Shown here: piece after piece, positions 28,607 through 36,749 of the stretch
Layout of the letters: every line of letters starts with the position of its first letter
Numbering within the stretch: position 1 is the first letter of the stretch
IMG/VR virus record: IMGVR_UViG_2541047931_000012
Reading direction: 5' to 3' (one strand)
Length of the DNA: 45,439 nt
Source: a virus
Taxonomy: Duplodnaviria > Heunggongvirae > Uroviricota > Caudoviricetes
Program-made: the position numbers and the translations under genes
Notes under the pieces: generated by a model
What the model was told of the DNA's origin: nothing
Seen by the model: only the letters and a program-made list of their open reading frames with translations
Database searches by the model: none

Positions 28607-29221
28607 CTAACGTTGTTTAATAACATTCTGACGCAAATGTGGCAATACTCGACTCCACTTATCATCCTGCCACGGCTGGAATTTTACATGTGCCGTTTCT
28701 CTGGCGAGGATTGCTCGCGCTCTGGTGAGTATCTGGGGATATTCTTGCTCGATGGAAGTGAAGCGACCAGCTTCACGATGCTCCGCAACCTGAAGAAGAG
28801 GAGTAACGTTCTGGCAGGCGGTTAACATCGCATCCCCAGCTCGCCATAACCAAGCAAGTGTGCAAAGTTCGTTATCAGTGAATTGTTTTGTGATCGGGGA
28901 TTGTTGAACTTCTCGATCGAGAATATCCAGAACCCAGCGGCGGAACTCTTTGGCTACAGGAGTTCGTGCAAACATGGCGATCAAATGGGCTCCGCGAAGG
29001 CTAAATACTCGAGACTCCTGCATTCCACGAGGGGTGGTCACTTTGACCACCCTTGTCATCATATCTGTAAATTCATCTGAGTGACGAGAGTAAATGCGCT
29101 GAACTGCTTTATCGTCCGCATATTCCAGAGCTAAACCAACTTCAGTGGCAGTAAGCCAAATTCTGTTATTGTGGCAAATTGGGGTAAACGTCGTTTTGTG
29201 GAATGCTAATTGAGTAGTCAT
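28607..29221 (-). CDS. Bro-N domain protein (putative antirepressor)
   Basis: 204-aa ORF whose N-terminus (AFHKTTFTPICHNNRIWLTATEVGLALEYADDKAVQRIYSRHSDEF) fits Bro-N. Confidence 0.55.
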   Translation of the reverse strand: MTTQLAFHKTTFTPICHNNRIWLTATEVGLALEYADDKAVQRIYSRHSDEFTDMMTRVVKVTTPRGMQESRVFSLRGAHLIAMFARTPVAKEFRRWVLDILDREVQQSPITKQFTDNELCTLAWLWRAGDAMLTACQNVTPLLQVAEHREAGRFTSIEQEYPQILTRARAILARETAHVKFQPWQDDKWSRVLPHLRQNVIKQR

Positions 29222-29377
29222 AGTTTCACCTCATCAGGTTAACCATCACCACCAACGACGCCAATCGACTGGTGGTGAACTGTGCAAGGTTGGCGTAACC
29301 GGCTACTCAAATCCGGCGCTCCCGAAGAAGCCCTCACACAGCCCACCATAATTTGGGCGTAGCCGTGCTTAGCGCAT

Positions 29378-29398
29378 AAAAAAACCGCTTAACGCGGT
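29378..29398 (-). terminator. Rho-independent terminator upstream of the Bro-N gene
   Basis: Minus strand reads accgcgttaagcggt + ttttttt. Confidence 0.6.
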
Positions 29399-29484
29399 AT
29401 GCGTTGAGTAGTATTCCGGGACGCCAATCCCGTGTGCCGATTTTGCGGCAACGCACAGAATATATCCCCAGATAAATCATGTCG

Positions 29485-29574
29485 TCAACCCCAGTAAATG
29501 GACACCATGATGATCACAGCCATAGCTGCTACAACAGTTACAACTACCTCAGGCCAAAACATAACGATTTCCAT
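29485..29574 (-). CDS. Candidate small hydrophobic peptide (~25-29 aa)
   Basis: Minus strand M(EIV)MFWPEVVVTVVAAMAVIIMVSIYWG directly downstream of the copy-2 terminator; weak RBS. Confidence 0.25.
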   Translation of the reverse strand: MEIVMFWPEVVVTVVAAMAVIIMVSIYWG

Positions 29575-29640
29575 ATCACCTTTAGCCGCCAGACGAATAG
29601 AGACTCCCAATTCTGGCTGTCGAAGTAAAACACCGAATGT

Positions 29641-29671
29641 AAAAAATCGTAGGTGCATTTCTGCATCTGTG
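29641..29671 (-). terminator. Rho-independent terminator; copy 2 of the duplicated element
   Basis: Minus strand reads cacagatgcagaaatgcacctacga + tttttt, near-identical to the hairpin at 28159-28189. Confidence 0.55.
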
Positions 29672-29832
29672 AATGGAGAAGATAGGTTGGATTGTATGTG
29701 CGCATAAACGTCCCCGTTTAGCGCAGAAGTCACCGGAGTTGTTCAGGCTCCGGCTTATTAATATTGCCTACTTACAATTAATTTTTCAACTGTTAGAAAC
29801 TTATAATTAGCTGTCTCTTTGTAACTATCAAT

Positions 29833-31728
29833 TTAATTATTTTTCTTTAACTTGAAATTTCTTCCCATTGCTAGTGTTCTTCGAAGATTCGAATCATAAG
29901 CTGGTTGATAATATCTATCATAAAAATCCTTAATTGTCTGATGGTAAGTATCCAGCATCAAACCATAAAACCCCATGACCTTAAGATAATCCACCAAGGG
30001 AAATAAATAATCATCAGTCTGAACATCAGTATCAATATTATTTTTTTGTTTTTTAACTTCAAATTTGTATAAGTTTAACTCACCCTTATCCATCGTGCAT
30101 GAAAAAAGGTCGTCAAAAATCAAATCAATTTTTGTCATAGGAACTCGTTCTTTTCCAGACATTATAGGTAGAATATCAATACCTAAGAGCGAACCTAATA
30201 CAAAGTCGTAATGAAGCGAAATCACTGAGTCATTCGATGTCGAGTTGCCTTTGATAAATACTCTACTTAGTGCCGAGTCAAAAACATTCTCAACTCTCTC
30301 TCTCGTCATGTTTGCGACATCTACAACCCCCATATCACGAGAAGCTTTTATTGTGATTTCATCTATAAATGCTTTGGAATCTAGTGAATGTAAAAACAAC
30401 ATGAAGTTATCTAACTGTTCAGAGCATTTAATAGCCACCATAAGATTTTCGTATATATCTTTTTTATACTCAATCGGTAAATTTGCTACCGCAAAAGCAG
30501 CATAAAATTCTTGCACTGATTTATGCAGAAAAACATACCTATTATTTCCCTCAGGTTGGATAAGGCAAGTTATCTCAATAAGATCATCTATAAAGTTTGA
30601 TGCATCTTCTTTAAGATAACCTTCTGTTTCAATAGCATCTTCAGCATATCTAAGCAACTCCTCTCCCCAAAACTCAAATTTCTCCTCAATCAGTGCGTTA
30701 TAGCAAATAGCTGAAAAACACAATTTAGCTTTTTCACCAATAATGTTTGATTTTTTCTCGCGCGTATATACTTTTATTTTATCATGCCTTGCATATAAGG
30801 TGTCAAAGAGGCTTCGATAAAACTCTATTATATTATTTGGAATATCATTCATATAAGGATAACAATAATACAAAAGAGTAACTAAAATTGGATTGCAAAT
30901 AGTTCCCTCAAGTTCTTCTTTATCACATAGTAAATCCGCCAAGACTTTAAACGAGGCATCACTACTTGAGAATCTGTCATTTTTCGATAAAGAATGAAGA
31001 ATACAAATCTTATCAGAAATATTTAGCTTATCTATAAAAATATTATACACATCAGTAGTATAACATATATCTGTATTTGGTCTCGTTGTTGCGATAATTG
31101 GTGTGTTAAAATGATAATGAATGTTTTTTATTTCATTCATCATCATAGTTCGCTCTTCATGTTTAACCTCATCAAATCCATCCAACATTAAAACGACTCT
31201 TTGGGATTGCAGTAATATTTTCAAGCTATCCTCTGAACACCCCACACCAAATGAATTAAGAATGTCTGCCAGATAAGCAATAATATTTGCATTCTTCACC
31301 CTTCTTAATTCAATAAAAAAAGGCATCCGTTCTGATTTTTTTATTTCCTCGCTAAACAACTTGCGTAAAATAGTACTTTTCCCTTGCCCCGCTATACCGA
31401 CTATATTTACAATACCATGAAATGGTAAAGTGACCCCATCTTTTATAACGACCTTGTCTTTATTAGATGCCACCTCAACAGTTAACGGATAATAAATATC
31501 ATCTAAAAAAATATCATAATCAGCGTTGTGCAAAGTTCTCATTTTCAGAGATGGTAGCACATGCTTTCTTAAATAATTTTCTCTTCCGAGGGGATCATTT
31601 AATTGTTCGAGTATAACCTTGCCTTCATCTAGGTCCCTAGCCCAAGGTTTAGAGAGCAATACTTCTGTTATTTTTTCCGCAGCTTTTCCTACTGTGCTAT
31701 TAATAATAGTCGCAAGAAACTCATCCAT
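29833..31728 (-). CDS. NACHT-type STAND P-loop NTPase, candidate bacterial NLR-like anti-phage protein
   Basis: Walker A GIAGQGKST, NACHT-style Walker B VVLMLDGFDEV and IIATTRP motif; short N-terminal domain and ~300-aa C-terminal region; AT-rich. The likely start is ATG at 31728 (MDEFLATI..., RBS ggtga). Confidence 0.7.
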   Translation of the reverse strand: MDEFLATIINSTVGKAAEKITEVLLSKPWARDLDEGKVILEQLNDPLGRENYLRKHVLPSLKMRTLHNADYDIFLDDIYYPLTVEVASNKDKVVIKDGVTLPFHGIVNIVGIAGQGKSTILRKLFSEEIKKSERMPFFIELRRVKNANIIAYLADILNSFGVGCSEDSLKILLQSQRVVLMLDGFDEVKHEERTMMMNEIKNIHYHFNTPIIATTRPNTDICYTTDVYNIFIDKLNISDKICILHSLSKNDRFSSSDASFKVLADLLCDKEELEGTICNPILVTLLYYCYPYMNDIPNNIIEFYRSLFDTLYARHDKIKVYTREKKSNIIGEKAKLCFSAICYNALIEEKFEFWGEELLRYAEDAIETEGYLKEDASNFIDDLIEITCLIQPEGNNRYVFLHKSVQEFYAAFAVANLPIEYKKDIYENLMVAIKCSEQLDNFMLFLHSLDSKAFIDEITIKASRDMGVVDVANMTRERVENVFDSALSRVFIKGNSTSNDSVISLHYDFVLGSLLGIDILPIMSGKERVPMTKIDLIFDDLFSCTMDKGELNLYKFEVKKQKNNIDTDVQTDDYLFPLVDYLKVMGFYGLMLDTYHQTIKDFYDRYYQPAYDSNLRRTLAMGRNFKLKKNN

Positions 31729-31763
31729 TTTTTCACCACATTCATTAACCAATACGTGGTGCA

Positions 31764-31792
31764 TTCTTACAAGACTCAGTAACAATTGTCAA
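31764..31792 (-). promoter_or_regulatory. Candidate promoter for the NACHT gene (TTGACA - 17 nt - TAAGAA)
   Basis: Minus-strand perfect -35 ttgaca (plus 31787-31792) with a weak -10. Confidence 0.35.
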
Positions 31793-32116
31793 TCATAGGT
31801 TTTCGCATGATTGCAAAACGCCATAAACAATTGTAGCACCATAATTTTAAACACTATATAATATACAACCTTCCTACAAGCATTCAGTACATCGCTTAAT
31901 CACAGGGCTTGAATATATAGTAAGGAATCGATATTAATCACCTCATCTACTTTAAACATCTTACACACCTATAATTTATAATAGTCAACACGAGGTCATC
32001 ATATTAAACATGCAATTACAAACATTCATTTTTATATAAATTTTCATGATTTAACCGTAGAGCGACGGTAATAAATTTCATATACAAGGATTTAAGCTCC
32101 CATACGTTTTCTATTA

Positions 32117-32296
32117 TTAAAAATAACATACCGTTCGCCAGACCTTACCATCAATGACCAGGATTCCTGCCCGCGCCATTTTTGCCGCAGCCTGATTTAT
32201 GCTGGTTAATGTCACACCTGTTGTCGCAGCAACGTCCGGCGCACAGAAGCTCTTGTGCGTCCCCAGGTAATGAATAATTGCTTCTTTTCCCGTCAT
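32117..32296 (-). pseudogene. ren: Truncated ren (59 codons versus ~96 in lambda)
   Basis: MTGKEAIIHYLGTHKSFCAPDVAATTGVTLTSINQAAAKMARAGILVIDGKVWRTV then CYF-stop; the lambda Ren match (from memory) ends where the AT-rich island begins. Confidence 0.6.
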
Positions 32297-32994
32297 ACAC
32301 TGGCTCCTTTCAGTCCGAACTTAGCTTTGATTTCTGCAATCTTCGCCAGAGCCTGTGCACGATTTAGAGGTCTACCGCCCATGACAGGAAGTTGTTTTAC
32401 TGGTTCAGGTATAGCCTCACCACGGTTAATTCTCGCAGTCATATGGGCAAGTTCATCGGCAGCCTTGCGCCGTAATTCCGAGTCAGTCAACGCATTAGCC
32501 CGCATGTTCTGATACAGGTTGGTAACCAGCCAGTAGTGCGCGTTTGATTTCCACGGATAAGACTCTGCGTCCGGATACAGGCCACGCTTCCGGCAATACT
32601 CGTAAACCATATCAACCAGCTCGCTGGCGTTTGGCAGTCCGGCGGTAACGGATGCTTCTTCCCGGCACCAGGCGACAAACTGCCCGGGTGATGGCAGGAA
32701 TGGTCGATTCTGCCGACGGGCTACGCGCATTCCTGCGTTAACCTGTTCCATTGTGGTGATCCCGTTTTCCCGGAAAGCCAGAACCCACTGGCGGCGGATT
32801 TCGTTCAGTTCGTTCTGGTCCCGGTTAGCCAGGCTCGCCGGGAAAGTTGCCAGTAACTGGCTGAACACACCGTTGATGATCCGCGCTACCTGCTGTACCT
32901 GCGGCTTTTCGTCGTACTGTTCCGGCATGTTGTTGGCGATCCGGCGCATCTGCTCACGGTCAAAGTTAACCATCTGTGCGGCGATGTTTTTCAT
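32293..32994 (-). CDS. P: Replication protein P (helicase loader)
   Basis: 233-aa ORF MKNIAAQMVNFDREQMRRIANNMPEQYDEKPQVQQVARIINGVFSQLLATFPASLANRDQNE..., near-identical to lambda P from memory. Confidence 0.9.
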   Translation of the reverse strand: MKNIAAQMVNFDREQMRRIANNMPEQYDEKPQVQQVARIINGVFSQLLATFPASLANRDQNELNEIRRQWVLAFRENGITTMEQVNAGMRVARRQNRPFLPSPGQFVAWCREEASVTAGLPNASELVDMVYEYCRKRGLYPDAESYPWKSNAHYWLVTNLYQNMRANALTDSELRRKAADELAHMTARINRGEAIPEPVKQLPVMGGRPLNRAQALAKIAEIKAKFGLKGASV

Positions 32995-33920
32995 AAATCC
33001 ACCCCATAAATCCAGTCAGTGTTTGTCAGGTCGAGTTTTGATTTTCCGGCTGTCACGCCAGCCTGTTGCTTGTTACGGTTGATTTCGAGCTGGGTCCACT
33101 TGTCGCGGAGTTTGGCCGGACTCAGCACGTTACCGGACCAGAAGTTGTCCTGGCATGCCCAGCGGAACAGTACACACATGTCGCGATGGTTACGTCCGTC
33201 ACGTTCACGCATCAGGCGGATATCGTTAGCCCACCCTGCAAAATTCGGTTTTCTGGCTGATGGCGCGATGGTCTTCACCATGTCAAACATCCACTCTGCG
33301 GCGGTCAGGTCTTCTGCTGTCCCCCACTTGCTGCCGCTCTGAATTGCAGCATCCGGTTTCACCACAGGAAGATCGTTTTCTGGCTGGTCAGAGGATTCGC
33401 CAGAATTCTCGGACGAAAAAGGTTTTATATTGTCTTTTGTTAGTTTGTCTTTTGTGTTTACCTGATTCGGGTAAACGTCTTTACCTGATTTGGGTAAACT
33501 TTTCTTACCTGATTCAGGTAAATTTACCTCTTTCAGGTAAACTTTATTTTTCTTACCTGATTCGGGTAATGTTGACCATTCACTGACCACATTATTAATG
33601 CCGATATTCCGCCCGCTCTGAATAAAAATCCCACGCTTTACCAGAACACTTTTTGCAGCAGAACACTTGTGCGGCAATATCCCGGTCAACTCGGAAAGTT
33701 GCTCGTTGCTCACCCAATCCAGTTTTTTATTAAAGCCATATGTTTTGCGCATGACAGCCAGGAAGACCAGAAGCTGGTGCTGTGTTAATCCGGCCAGCAT
33801 CACAGCTTCCAGCAACTCATTTGCAATGCGCGTATAACCATCATCGAGATCTGCCACGCGCGGCTCCTTTTGTGCCGCATCCGGCACTGGAAAATTGAAT
33901 ATCTCAGCAGTGTTTGCCAT
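32991..33920 (-). CDS. O: Replication initiator O
   Basis: Lambda-O-like N-terminus from MANTAEIFNF...VADLDDGYTRIANELLEA (RBS gggagg); iterons lie inside the gene; the C-terminus is lambda-like. Confidence 0.85.
   Translation of the reverse strand: MANTAEIFNFPVPDAAQKEPRVADLDDGYTRIANELLEAVMLAGLTQHQLLVFLAVMRKTYGFNKKLDWVSNEQLSELTGILPHKCSAAKSVLVKRGIFIQSGRNIGINNVVSEWSTLPESGKKNKVYLKEVNLPESGKKSLPKSGKDVYPNQVNTKDKLTKDNIKPFSSENSGESSDQPENDLPVVKPDAAIQSGSKWGTAEDLTAAEWMFDMVKTIAPSARKPNFAGWANDIRLMRERDGRNHRDMCVLFRWACQDNFWSGNVLSPAKLRDKWTQLEINRNKQQAGVTAGKSKLDLTNTDWIYGVDL
33458..33570. repeat. Replication origin iterons: five ~18-bp repeats TTACCTGATTYRGGTAAA, with an adjacent AT-rich tract at 33421-33457
   Basis: Repeats at 33458-33475, 33481-33498, 33505-33522, 33524-33541 and 33553-33569; each is an inverted repeat TTACC...GGTAA, inside O. 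Confidence 0.8.
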
Positions 33921-34006
33921 AATTCCTCCCGCAATGAGTGTGTTACGATTTGCACCTGAAAGTCGGTTCTGTTCCAGCAGACCGGCTTTCGCCATTTCTG
34001 AACCTG

Positions 34007-34552
34007 TCATATCGCCCCCAGCATGGTAGTAACCATCGCCATCAATGGACCAGCCAGATCTGGGTCCACACGAAACATCGACACAATACCTTCACTAATT
34101 TCCTTCAGTTTCTGGTGGCGTGGTGCGTTGAGAATGACAGTCTGTTTTGCCTCACTGAGTTCCTTTTCCATTTCAGCCAACCTAGCCATGAAGCTATCCT
34201 GCTCAACCAGGTAACCGCGATATTCCAGCGGTAGTACCGCCAGAATTGCCGGGGTCAGTTCACGCACGTTATTTCGGTATTTTTCAGAATCGAATTTGTT
34301 ATCGAGGAAGCGGAACAGCTTCTGGCGTGCACGGCTGACATCATCAGGGAAATCGATGGTGCCGCCGCCCTGCTCCCGATACTCATTCACAATGAGTGCG
34401 GCAACAACATCCTGATTATCTGCAGCCGACCAGGCGCGAACGGCATCACGGATTTTTTCGTGGCCTGGCGCCTGTTTTGTTTGAGAACGATTTATCACCG
34501 CAGTCGGGCTAAATCCGCTAGTCTGTTGGTATGTAAGTGGTTGCATAGTCAT
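34007..34552 (-). CDS. YdaT-like protein, occupying the cII position
   Basis: 181-aa ORF with EYREQGGG and RELTPAILAVLPLEYRGYL resembling Rac YdaT from memory. Confidence 0.55.
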   Translation of the reverse strand: MTMQPLTYQQTSGFSPTAVINRSQTKQAPGHEKIRDAVRAWSAADNQDVVAALIVNEYREQGGGTIDFPDDVSRARQKLFRFLDNKFDSEKYRNNVRELTPAILAVLPLEYRGYLVEQDSFMARLAEMEKELSEAKQTVILNAPRHQKLKEISEGIVSMFRVDPDLAGPLMAMVTTMLGAI

Positions 34553-34576
34553 TGCCTTATCAGTTAACGCCGCAGT

Positions 34577-34810
34577 TTAGGCGGCAGAATTACTCGCGTT
34601 AAACAATGGTGCGAGGTCGGGACGAATATCTGCTGGTTTAATCTTTCCACCAGTGGCTGAGACAATTTTCATTACATAGCGGGCATCAATTCCGCCACCG
34701 TGTAGCCAACGCCAAACTGTGGGTTGGGCTACACCGCATAGATCTGCCAGTCGTTTTTGACTACCTGTAATACTGATTGCGAGTTGAATGGTTTGATTTG
34801 TCATTATCAA
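34577..34810 (-). CDS. Cro/YdaS-like HTH regulator, divergent from cI
   Basis: 77-aa ORF with HTH GSQKRLADLCGVAQPTVWRWL; first gene of the rightward operon. Confidence 0.65.
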   Translation of the reverse strand: MIMTNQTIQLAISITGSQKRLADLCGVAQPTVWRWLHGGGIDARYVMKIVSATGGKIKPADIRPDLAPLFNASNSAA

Positions 34811-34811
34811 T

Positions 34812-34878
34812 TCCTATTGGTATTGCAATGAATGAATAATAGCAATGCGTATTAATCCAAGCAATAGCAAAACGTGTT
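34812..34878. promoter_or_regulatory. OR-like operator cluster between the cro-like gene and cI
   Basis: Repeated AATAGCAAT / ATTGCAAT-type half-sites (tattggtattgcaatg, taatagcaatgcgtatta, caagcaatagcaa); related repeats recur at 37380-37465. Confidence 0.55.
34836..34864 (-). promoter_or_regulatory. PR-like promoter (TTGCTT - 17 nt - TATTAT) driving the cro-like gene
   Basis: Minus-strand hexamers with 17-nt spacing, about 30 nt upstream of the cro-like ATG. Confidence 0.45.
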
Positions 34879-34905
34879 TTGACCATCAATACGCAAGCGT
34901 ATAAA
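34879..34905 (+). promoter_or_regulatory. PRM-like promoter (TTGACC - 15 nt - TATAAA) giving a near-leaderless cI transcript
   Basis: The -10 ends 9 nt before the cI ATG at 34915 and there is no Shine-Dalgarno. Confidence 0.35.
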
Positions 34906-34914
34906 TTAAAACTT

Positions 34915-35607
34915 ATGAAAAAAGAAACTCTTGCTGATCGCTTAAACCTAGCGATGGAACAATCTGGAATGTCTCAAGGCGCTCTTGCAAAGGCGTCTGG
35001 CGTAGCTCAACCCACAATCTGGAGACTGACAAGCGGCAACGCTCGCGGCTCAACAAAAATTGTTGAAATAGCTAATGCATTGGGTGTTCGAACAGAATGG
35101 CTCTCATCAGGCATAGGCCCGATGAGAAATGACGGTCAACAATCAGGGAAGCCTGCTGTCAGCCATTCAAAATACTTCAAAATTGACGTTCTTGATATAG
35201 AAGTCAGTGCCGGGCCGGGAGTCATCAACCGTGAGTTTGTAGAAGTTCTACGCTCGGTTGAGTACTCGTTTGACGATGCTCGTCACATGTTCGATGGTAG
35301 GAAGGCAGAAAATATCCGCATCATTAACGTACGCGGTGACAGCATGTCAGGAACGATCGAACCAGGTGATCTTCTGTTCGTTGATATCACGGTTAAATCT
35401 TTCGACGGTGATGGTATCTATGCGTTTCTGTATGACGACACAGCCCATGTAAAGCGCCTGCAAATGATGAAGGATAAGCTGCTAGTTATCTCTGATAACA
35501 AGAGCTACTCACCGTGGGACCCGATCGAGAAAGACGAGATGAACCGGGTATTCATCTTCGGGAAAGTCATCGGAAGCATGCCGCAGACGTATAGGAAGCA
35601 TGGGTAG
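34915..35607 (+). CDS. cI: CI-like repressor (HTH plus S24 LexA-type autopeptidase domain)
   Basis: HTH MSQGALAKASGVAQPTIWRL and S24 motifs VRGDSMSGTI ... HVKRL; start taken at ATG 34915 (the listed ORF begins at TTG 34879). Confidence 0.8.
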   Translation: MKKETLADRLNLAMEQSGMSQGALAKASGVAQPTIWRLTSGNARGSTKIVEIANALGVRTEWLSSGIGPMRNDGQQSGKPAVSHSKYFKIDVLDIEVSAGPGVINREFVEVLRSVEYSFDDARHMFDGRKAENIRIINVRGDSMSGTIEPGDLLFVDITVKSFDGDGIYAFLYDDTAHVKRLQMMKDKLLVISDNKSYSPWDPIEKDEMNRVFIFGKVIGSMPQTYRKHG

Positions 35608-35718
35608 TGAAGGACGTGTCAACTCTATTTTGTAAGCTATCCAGACTCACAGTTGCAGATCGACGAGTAACTTACATACAGCACAAAAAAACAATATGCG
35701 CGTGCTTTTAGACTAGAC

Positions 35719-35733
35719 TTACCATAATGGTAA
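35719..35733. promoter_or_regulatory. Perfect palindrome TTACCAT-A-ATGGTAA overlapping the first ATG of the toxin gene; candidate antitoxin operator
   Basis: Read directly at 35719-35733. Confidence 0.4.
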
Positions 35734-36137
35734 CAAGTATGATTCTTAGCAGATATGTGGGAACTCCTCCCCGTGATGGCGAGGACAGAAAGATTCAAGG
35801 TGGTCCGCTTTATTTAGATATCATTGATTTGATTGATGAATGTGACACACTGCCTTGGACTAGACGGTGTATCAGGGATGTTCAATCGCTTTCTTTAGAT
35901 GCAGATGACATCAAATCTATGGTGATAAAAGCAGTCACTAAAGGGAGATTTCTAGGTTCAGAATGGTGTCAAGGCAGTAAACCAGGTGTATGGGCAGCTT
36001 GTGATGCTTATAGCTTTGAGCACTCATTTTGGTGCCAAGCTATGCATAAAGAACTTAATAACGAGTTCTACATTAAATTTTTTGTAAACATTACTGGCAA
36101 TGTAGTGCTTACAGTATCTCTTCATCTCTCTAATTGA
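35727..36137 (+). CDS. MqsR-like toxin of a toxin-antitoxin-chaperone operon
   Basis: C-terminal region (...DAYSFEHSFW...EFYIKFFVNITGNVVLTVSLH) resembles MqsR (...YLKITVIHDVLIVSF) from memory; toxin-first order as in mqsRA. The start could be 35727 or 35739. Confidence 0.5.
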   Translation: MVTSMILSRYVGTPPRDGEDRKIQGGPLYLDIIDLIDECDTLPWTRRCIRDVQSLSLDADDIKSMVIKAVTKGRFLGSEWCQGSKPGVWAACDAYSFEHSFWCQAMHKELNNEFYIKFFVNITGNVVLTVSLHLSN

Positions 36138-36161
36138 GTGATGATAAATGAGGATTTTTAT

Positions 36162-36749
36162 ATGAGAAACAACAACATATGTCCAGTTTGTGGTGTAGGT
36201 CATCTCACCGTGGAGATGGAGTATGATGATGTTACTTATAAAGGGGAAACAAAAAATCTCCCAATAAGGTTTTCTGTGTGTGATCAATGTGGTTCGGAAA
36301 CTGCCACACCAGTCGATTTACGAGAAAACAAACGAATTTTCAATGAATACAAAAAGTCTATCGATGGACTTTTAACAGGAAAAGAATTAAAAAAAATTAG
36401 AACTGAAGTATGGATGATAACCCAGCAAAAGGCATCCTCTATATTTGGTGGGGGGCCTAAGGCATTTTCCAAGTATGAATCTGATGATGTCATTCAATCA
36501 GAAGCAATGGATAAACTGATGCGTTTAGCAGCAGAAGTTCCTGATGCATTCAAAAGGTTACGGGAATTATCTGGCGAAATCAAAGTTGAAAGAACAGTCT
36601 CATCATCTAAATCTTTACCTATATGGAAATCTGAAGCAAAAGCACAATTTGAAAACGATGATCAGGGATTTGACAGCAAATCACCAGCCCAAACAAAAAT
36701 GAATCAAACATCAATAAAGATAAAAACTGTTGCTAAGCGGGTAGCATGA
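36162..36749 (+). CDS. MqsA-like antitoxin (zinc ribbon plus HTH) with a ~70-aa C-terminal extension
   Basis: CPVCGVGHL...CDQCGSE zinc ribbon and SIFGGGPKAFSKYE matching the MqsA EIFGGGVNAFSRYE motif; RBS gagga before ATG 36162. Confidence 0.7.
   Translation: MRNNNICPVCGVGHLTVEMEYDDVTYKGETKNLPIRFSVCDQCGSETATPVDLRENKRIFNEYKKSIDGLLTGKELKKIRTEVWMITQQKASSIFGGGPKAFSKYESDDVIQSEAMDKLMRLAAEVPDAFKRLRELSGEIKVERTVSSSKSLPIWKSEAKAQFENDDQGFDSKSPAQTKMNQTSIKIKTVAKRVA

Noticed and set aside
33458-33570. Short regularly spaced repeats that could be mistaken for a CRISPR array
   Set aside because: Only five ~18-bp palindromic repeats with short or no spacers, inside the O gene next to an AT-rich tract; these are replication-origin iterons.
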